From a virus, in the IMG/VR virus record IMGVR_UViG_3300045988_081680, positions 1-61,255 of that record: a DNA stretch of 61,255 nt; one strand, written 5' to 3'. The position numbers and the translations under genes were made by a program. The notes beneath the pieces are model-generated. The model worked only from the letters and a program-made list of their open reading frames with translations. It did not search any database and had not been told where the DNA came from. Shown piece by piece: positions 57,482-61,255 of this stretch (the stretch's first letter is position 1; every line of letters starts with the position of its first letter).

Positions 57482-57826
57482 ATGCACGTCATCTGTAATA
57501 ACCACAGTAATATTGAGGCGCGAGAAGCAGCCGACTATATTAACAAACTCGCAGGAGATGCGGGTTATGGTCCAGAGTCTTTTGACTGGTTTTTAGCGCA
57601 AATTATGTCTTGCGCGGAAGGCATTCGTGAGGACTTGGACATTGACTCAACCGACGACAAATATATCTTAGCTGGTTACGCAAACCGTGAAGAGTATTTG
57701 GAATGCTTGGCTGAAGACTTGGATATGGACTACGAACACGTTAAGGCAACTGCAGAACTTCTCGGTCAGGACGAGGACTTTGATATGCTTGTTGTTGCTT
57801 TAAATGCCGCAGGCGGGGTACAATAA
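57482..57826 (+). CDS. acidic hypothetical protein (114 aa)
   Basis: AAGGAG upstream; strongly acidic composition. Confidence 0.65.
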   Translation: MHVICNNHSNIEAREAADYINKLAGDAGYGPESFDWFLAQIMSCAEGIREDLDIDSTDDKYILAGYANREEYLECLAEDLDMDYEHVKATAELLGQDEDFDMLVVALNAAGGVQ

Positions 57827-58191
57827 TGATTTTCAGTAACTCAACTTTTGAGGAAATGCGCCGCGAGGCGGAATCCTCAAACAACGAACTTGCACTTGCA
57901 ATTCTAAAGAAAATAGACGACAGTGAAGAAATTACTGTTCTGTCTAAATCTGAGGAATATGATTTTGAAGTTCGAGGGTACGTGATACATGATATAAACA
58001 ACGATATTGCGGGTTTTGTTGTTGAGTTTTTGAAATCTGTTTATGAAGCAAAAGGCGGTAAGCGTAAAACATTGGAAGCAATTCAACAATTTCGCTTGGA
58101 CGTTGAGAATGTTCCCGCTGACCAAGCGGAAATGATTGAACACTTTTTAAATGATGTTCCCGATAAATTCGAACAATTTGTGAGAAAATAA
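57826..58191 (+). CDS. hypothetical protein (121 aa)
   Basis: TAATG overlap with the upstream gene. Confidence 0.65.
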   Translation: MIFSNSTFEEMRREAESSNNELALAILKKIDDSEEITVLSKSEEYDFEVRGYVIHDINNDIAGFVVEFLKSVYEAKGGKRKTLEAIQQFRLDVENVPADQAEMIEHFLNDVPDKFEQFVRK

Positions 58192-58928
58192 TGGCACTCA
58201 AATTTACCACAGCGGAAGAAAGTTCCGCACAAAATGGCGTCAAATGTTTGGTTTATGGTTCGGCTGGTATGGGTAAAACCGTATTAACCGCAACCTGCCC
58301 AACGCCAATTCTACTGTCCGCAGAATCCGGTTCGCTGTCTCTTCGTAAAGCAAACTTGGAACGTTTGTTTGGTGTTGGCAATCCGTGGATTTCTTACCAC
58401 ATACCGATGATCCAAATTAAAACTGTTGACGACTTGCGGGAAGCCTATGAATGGGCTGCAAATTCCGCAGAAGCACAAGGCTTTGCAACCGTCGTTTTGG
58501 ACAGTATTTCAGAAATTGCTGAAGTTGTCCTTAACAACGCAAAACGGCAAGTAAAAGACCCTCGACAAGCGTATGGAGAATTGCTGGAAAAAATGCAAAC
58601 ACTGATTCGCTTGTTTCGAGACTTGCCAAACAAAAATGTCTATTTTGCGGCTAAAATGGAACCGCAAAAGGACGAACTATCTGGGGTTACTCGATTTTTA
58701 CCGTCGATGCCCGGAAGTAAGTTAGGTAATCAATTACCTTACTTCTTTGACGAAGTGTTCCGCTTAGGGGTAAACAAAGACCAACAAGGTAATTCCTTCC
58801 GGTTTTTGCAAACACAGCCTGATTTACAATATGAGGCTAAAGACCGAAGCGGCGCACTGGATCCAATGGAAGCCCCTATTTTGGGTGCAATTTTTCAGAA
58901 AATCATGAGTCAACCGACTCAACAATAA
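58191..58928 (+). CDS. AAA_24 / Sak4-like RecA-fold ATPase
   Basis: Walker A YGSAGMGKT and Walker B VVLDSISE. Confidence 0.8.
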   Translation: MALKFTTAEESSAQNGVKCLVYGSAGMGKTVLTATCPTPILLSAESGSLSLRKANLERLFGVGNPWISYHIPMIQIKTVDDLREAYEWAANSAEAQGFATVVLDSISEIAEVVLNNAKRQVKDPRQAYGELLEKMQTLIRLFRDLPNKNVYFAAKMEPQKDELSGVTRFLPSMPGSKLGNQLPYFFDEVFRLGVNKDQQGNSFRFLQTQPDLQYEAKDRSGALDPMEAPILGAIFQKIMSQPTQQ

Positions 58929-58939
58929 GGAAGTCCATC

Positions 58940-59734
58940 ATGGCAACATTAAATTTTGACGCAAATGCAATTCAACCTGACACCTCTTTTGACCCGATTC
59001 CGGCTGGCTGGTATAACGCCATTATTGACGAATCCGAAATGAAACCTACTCGAGACGGTTCCGGTGCTTACTTGGCATTGCGATTCAACGTTATTGACGG
59101 TCAATATGCTGGTCGTAAAGTGTTTACCCGTCTGAACTTGCGTAACCAAAACCCTGTCGCGCAAGACATTGCTCAAAAACAACTGTCTAGCATCTGCCAC
59201 GCTGTCAACGTTTTGAATGTTCAAGACAGTTCCCAGTTACACGCCTTGCCTTTGCAAATCCGCGTTAAAGTTACAAACGACCCGACAGGTCAATACGAAC
59301 CGTCAAACGAAATTTCCGGTTATAAAGCCATCGGTGCTGCAAACGGACAAGGTGCTGCCGCGCCGTTGGCTGCCCCTGCATACAGCGCACCCGCCGCGCC
59401 TGTTGCACCAGTTGCACCCGCTGCCCCTGTTGCACCTGTACAGCCTCAAACTGCACCCGCTGGCGGTACATGGCAACCGCCTGCAAACGCGCAGCAACAA
59501 TGGGCACAGCCTGCACAGCCTGCACAGCCTGCACAGCCTCAACCCGCGCCCGCTCCACAATGGGTAAACGGTACACCAACACAGCCCGCACCAACCGCGC
59601 CACAAGCAACCGCGCAACAAATGCAAACTGTTGAAGTGACACCAGAACAAGCTGCCGCTATCTCAGCCGCTCAAAGTAAGACCGTTCCGTGGGCGCAACC
59701 TCAAGAGCAAACTCAAGAACAAGCTCAACAATAA
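58940..59734 (+). CDS. DUF669-type ssDNA-binding protein candidate with a Pro/Ala/Gln-rich tail
   Basis: FDPIPAGWYNAIIDESEMKPTRDGSGAYLALRFNVIDGQYAGRKVF; follows the Sak4-like ATPase, as is usual for this pair. Confidence 0.7.
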   Translation: MATLNFDANAIQPDTSFDPIPAGWYNAIIDESEMKPTRDGSGAYLALRFNVIDGQYAGRKVFTRLNLRNQNPVAQDIAQKQLSSICHAVNVLNVQDSSQLHALPLQIRVKVTNDPTGQYEPSNEISGYKAIGAANGQGAAAPLAAPAYSAPAAPVAPVAPAAPVAPVQPQTAPAGGTWQPPANAQQQWAQPAQPAQPAQPQPAPAPQWVNGTPTQPAPTAPQATAQQMQTVEVTPEQAAAISAAQSKTVPWAQPQEQTQEQAQQ

Positions 59735-59745
59735 TCCGGCTTAAC

Positions 59746-59773
59746 AAACAGGCTTGCTTCGGCGAGCCTGTTT
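59746..59773 (+). terminator. rho-independent terminator (UUCG tetraloop)
   Basis: AAACAGGCTTGC-TTCG-GCGAGCCTGTTT followed by CATTT. Confidence 0.7.
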
Positions 59774-59790
59774 CATTTAAAGGACTTAAA

Positions 59791-60690
59791 ATGCAATTAG
59801 CAAGAAAGACAATGCACAAAATAGATAGCATGGTCGCACAGGATCAGGGAAGTGCCTATCGAGTGTGGTTAGGACAGGTATTACCACATATTGGCGATGC
59901 GTATCGTGCAGGAAACGATGGACATCGTGGACACATGGGTGCGTCCTTAATCGGTAAAGAATGCGCCCGTTCAATTTGGTACGACTTTTTCTGGGCAACA
60001 AAATCCGCGTTTGATGGACGTATGGTACGTCTGTTTAATCGTGGGCATTTGGAAGAGGGACGTTTTATCGCCCTGCTTCTGATGATTGGTTGCCAAGTTT
60101 GGCAACAAGACGAAAACGGTAATCAATTTCGTATTTCCGACGTAGAGGGTCATTTTGGCGGTTCTGGTGACGGCGTTGCATTAGGCGTTCCGGACATTGA
60201 CCCTAATACCTATTGTCTATTAGAATTTAAAACACACTCAGAAAAATCTTTTAGAGAGTTGCAAGCCAAAGGCGTTCAAGAAGCAAAATGGGAACATTAT
60301 GTTCAAATGAACGTCTATATGCGTAAGATGGGTCTTGCTGTTGCCCTTTACATGGCGGTAAATAAGAACACAGACGAAATCCATGCTGAAATTGTAACCT
60401 TAAATCCAGAGGTTGCAGACCAATATATCGACCGCGCCCATAAGATTGTGTGGTTATCAGAGCCACCAAAGAAATTAAGCGAGTCTCCTGGATTTTATAA
60501 ATGCCGTTTTTGTAACCACAGACCTGTCTGCCACCTTAACGCAAAACCTGATAAAAACTGTCGAACTTGCACTTATTCTAGACCAGATTCAGATGGTAAG
60601 TGGGTTTGCGTCATTGATTTTGTTGAAGCCGAACTTTCTAAAGAATTGCAATTAACAGGTTGCGACCGTTACAAGCAAAGGAAAATGTGA
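59791..60690 (+). CDS. PD-(D/E)XK exonuclease, Cas4/RecB-like with C-terminal Cys cluster
   Basis: GHFGGSGDGV...LLEFKTHS...YVQMNVY and CRFCNHRPVC...C..C. Confidence 0.75.
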   Translation: MQLARKTMHKIDSMVAQDQGSAYRVWLGQVLPHIGDAYRAGNDGHRGHMGASLIGKECARSIWYDFFWATKSAFDGRMVRLFNRGHLEEGRFIALLLMIGCQVWQQDENGNQFRISDVEGHFGGSGDGVALGVPDIDPNTYCLLEFKTHSEKSFRELQAKGVQEAKWEHYVQMNVYMRKMGLAVALYMAVNKNTDEIHAEIVTLNPEVADQYIDRAHKIVWLSEPPKKLSESPGFYKCRFCNHRPVCHLNAKPDKNCRTCTYSRPDSDGKWVCVIDFVEAELSKELQLTGCDRYKQRKM

Positions 60691-61255
60691 TGCAACTTCG
60701 AGATTACCAACAAGAATCCGTAGACGCAATTTGGTCGTACTTTATGTCCGGTAAAACTGGGAATCCTTTAGTAGCACTTCCGACCGGAACGGGCAAGTCT
60801 GTAGTAATTGCCGGATTCCTTAAAAGTGTTTATGATAAGTTCCCCGAACAGCGTATTATGATGTTGACACACGTTAAGGAACTTATCGAGCAAAACTATT
60901 CAAAACTGATGGCAATGTGGCAATTTGCACCTGCTGGGATTTATTCCGCAGGTTTAAATCGCAAGGACGTACACGCGCCCATCACTTTCGCTGGTATCGC
61001 TTCCGTTGCCAAAAAAGCGCACTTGTTTGGACACATTGACTTAATCATTATTGACGAAGCCCACTTGGTAAGCCCTAATGACGAAACAATGTATCAGAAG
61101 TTTATTGGCGAACTTAAAAAAGTTAATCCGTACATTAAGGTTATTGGATTAACAGCGACTCCGTATCGTTTAGGACATGGTAAATTAACAGATGGAAAAG
61201 TTTTAAAAGACGGTTCTGAAAGCCCGCCATTGTTTACGGACATTTGCATTGATTT
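60690..61255 (+). CDS. SF2 DEAD/DEAH-type helicase, N-terminal part (continues at nt 1 after removing the 55-bp overlap)
   Basis: LRDYQQESV, Walker A LPTGTGKS, DEAH box IIIDEAHL, LTATPYR. TGATG overlap with the exonuclease. Confidence 0.88.
   Translation, partial: MQLRDYQQESVDAIWSYFMSGKTGNPLVALPTGTGKSVVIAGFLKSVYDKFPEQRIMMLTHVKELIEQNYSKLMAMWQFAPAGIYSAGLNRKDVHAPITFAGIASVAKKAHLFGHIDLIIIDEAHLVSPNDETMYQKFIGELKKVNPYIKVIGLTATPYRLGHGKLTDGKVLKDGSESPPLFTDICID

Noticed and set aside
1-61255. A lysogeny module (integrase, CI/Cro-type repressor, excisionase) or recognisable toxin/defence genes.
   Set aside because: No ORF shows integrase (R..H..R..Y), recombinase or HTH-repressor signatures on inspection. 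Absence by eye is weak evidence, but nothing supports calling the phage temperate.

Overview
The window is a complete, circularly permuted genome of a tailed dsDNA phage. The unique length is 61,200 bp, because nt 1-55 recur exactly at 61201-61255. Morphogenesis genes are lambda/HK97-like (siphovirus type), and I see no integrase or repressor, so it looks lytic. Genes form two arms. They diverge from a ~2.3-kb repeat-rich, almost non-coding region (45.4-47.7 kb), which contains a 112-nt tract of ~97% A+T. They converge on a bidirectional terminator at ~11.06 kb. The rightward arm runs 47.7 kb -> window end -> nt 1 -> 11.05 kb. It encodes a prim-pol/DUF3987 helicase, three tandem paralogues (one fused to a MazG-like domain), RNase H, an ATP-dependent ligase and an AAA_24 (Sak4-like) ATPase. 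It continues with a DUF669 SSB-like protein, a Cas4/RecB-like exonuclease and an SF2 helicase that is split by the window ends. Next comes a 7-deazaguanine DNA-modification cluster: queE, an atypical queC, a DUF457-like membrane protein, a mini QueF-like protein, queD, folE and dpdA. The arm ends with a clamp-like protein and a family-B DNA polymerase. The leftward arm runs 46.8 -> 11.08 kb. It encodes small early genes, DUF3310 and a PD-(D/E)XK nuclease, then a lysis cassette (membrane proteins, Rz with embedded Rz1, M15 endolysin). These are followed by terS, terL, portal, scaffold, capsid, connectors, tail tube, G/GT chaperones with a -1 frameshift, tape measure and the tip complex. The arm ends with a 1665-aa fibre and a 1105-aa beta-helix tailspike. 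The most striking signal not explained by genes is the octamer TAACCACA/TGTGGTTA. I count 74 copies against about 2 expected. It is read in all reading frames, with a strong strand bias between 22 and 47 kb. An extended form, TGTGGTTATAA, sits just upstream of the first genes of leftward operons and forms a hairpin next to the capsid gene. All calls come from reading the sequence and ORF translations by eye; no database search was run.
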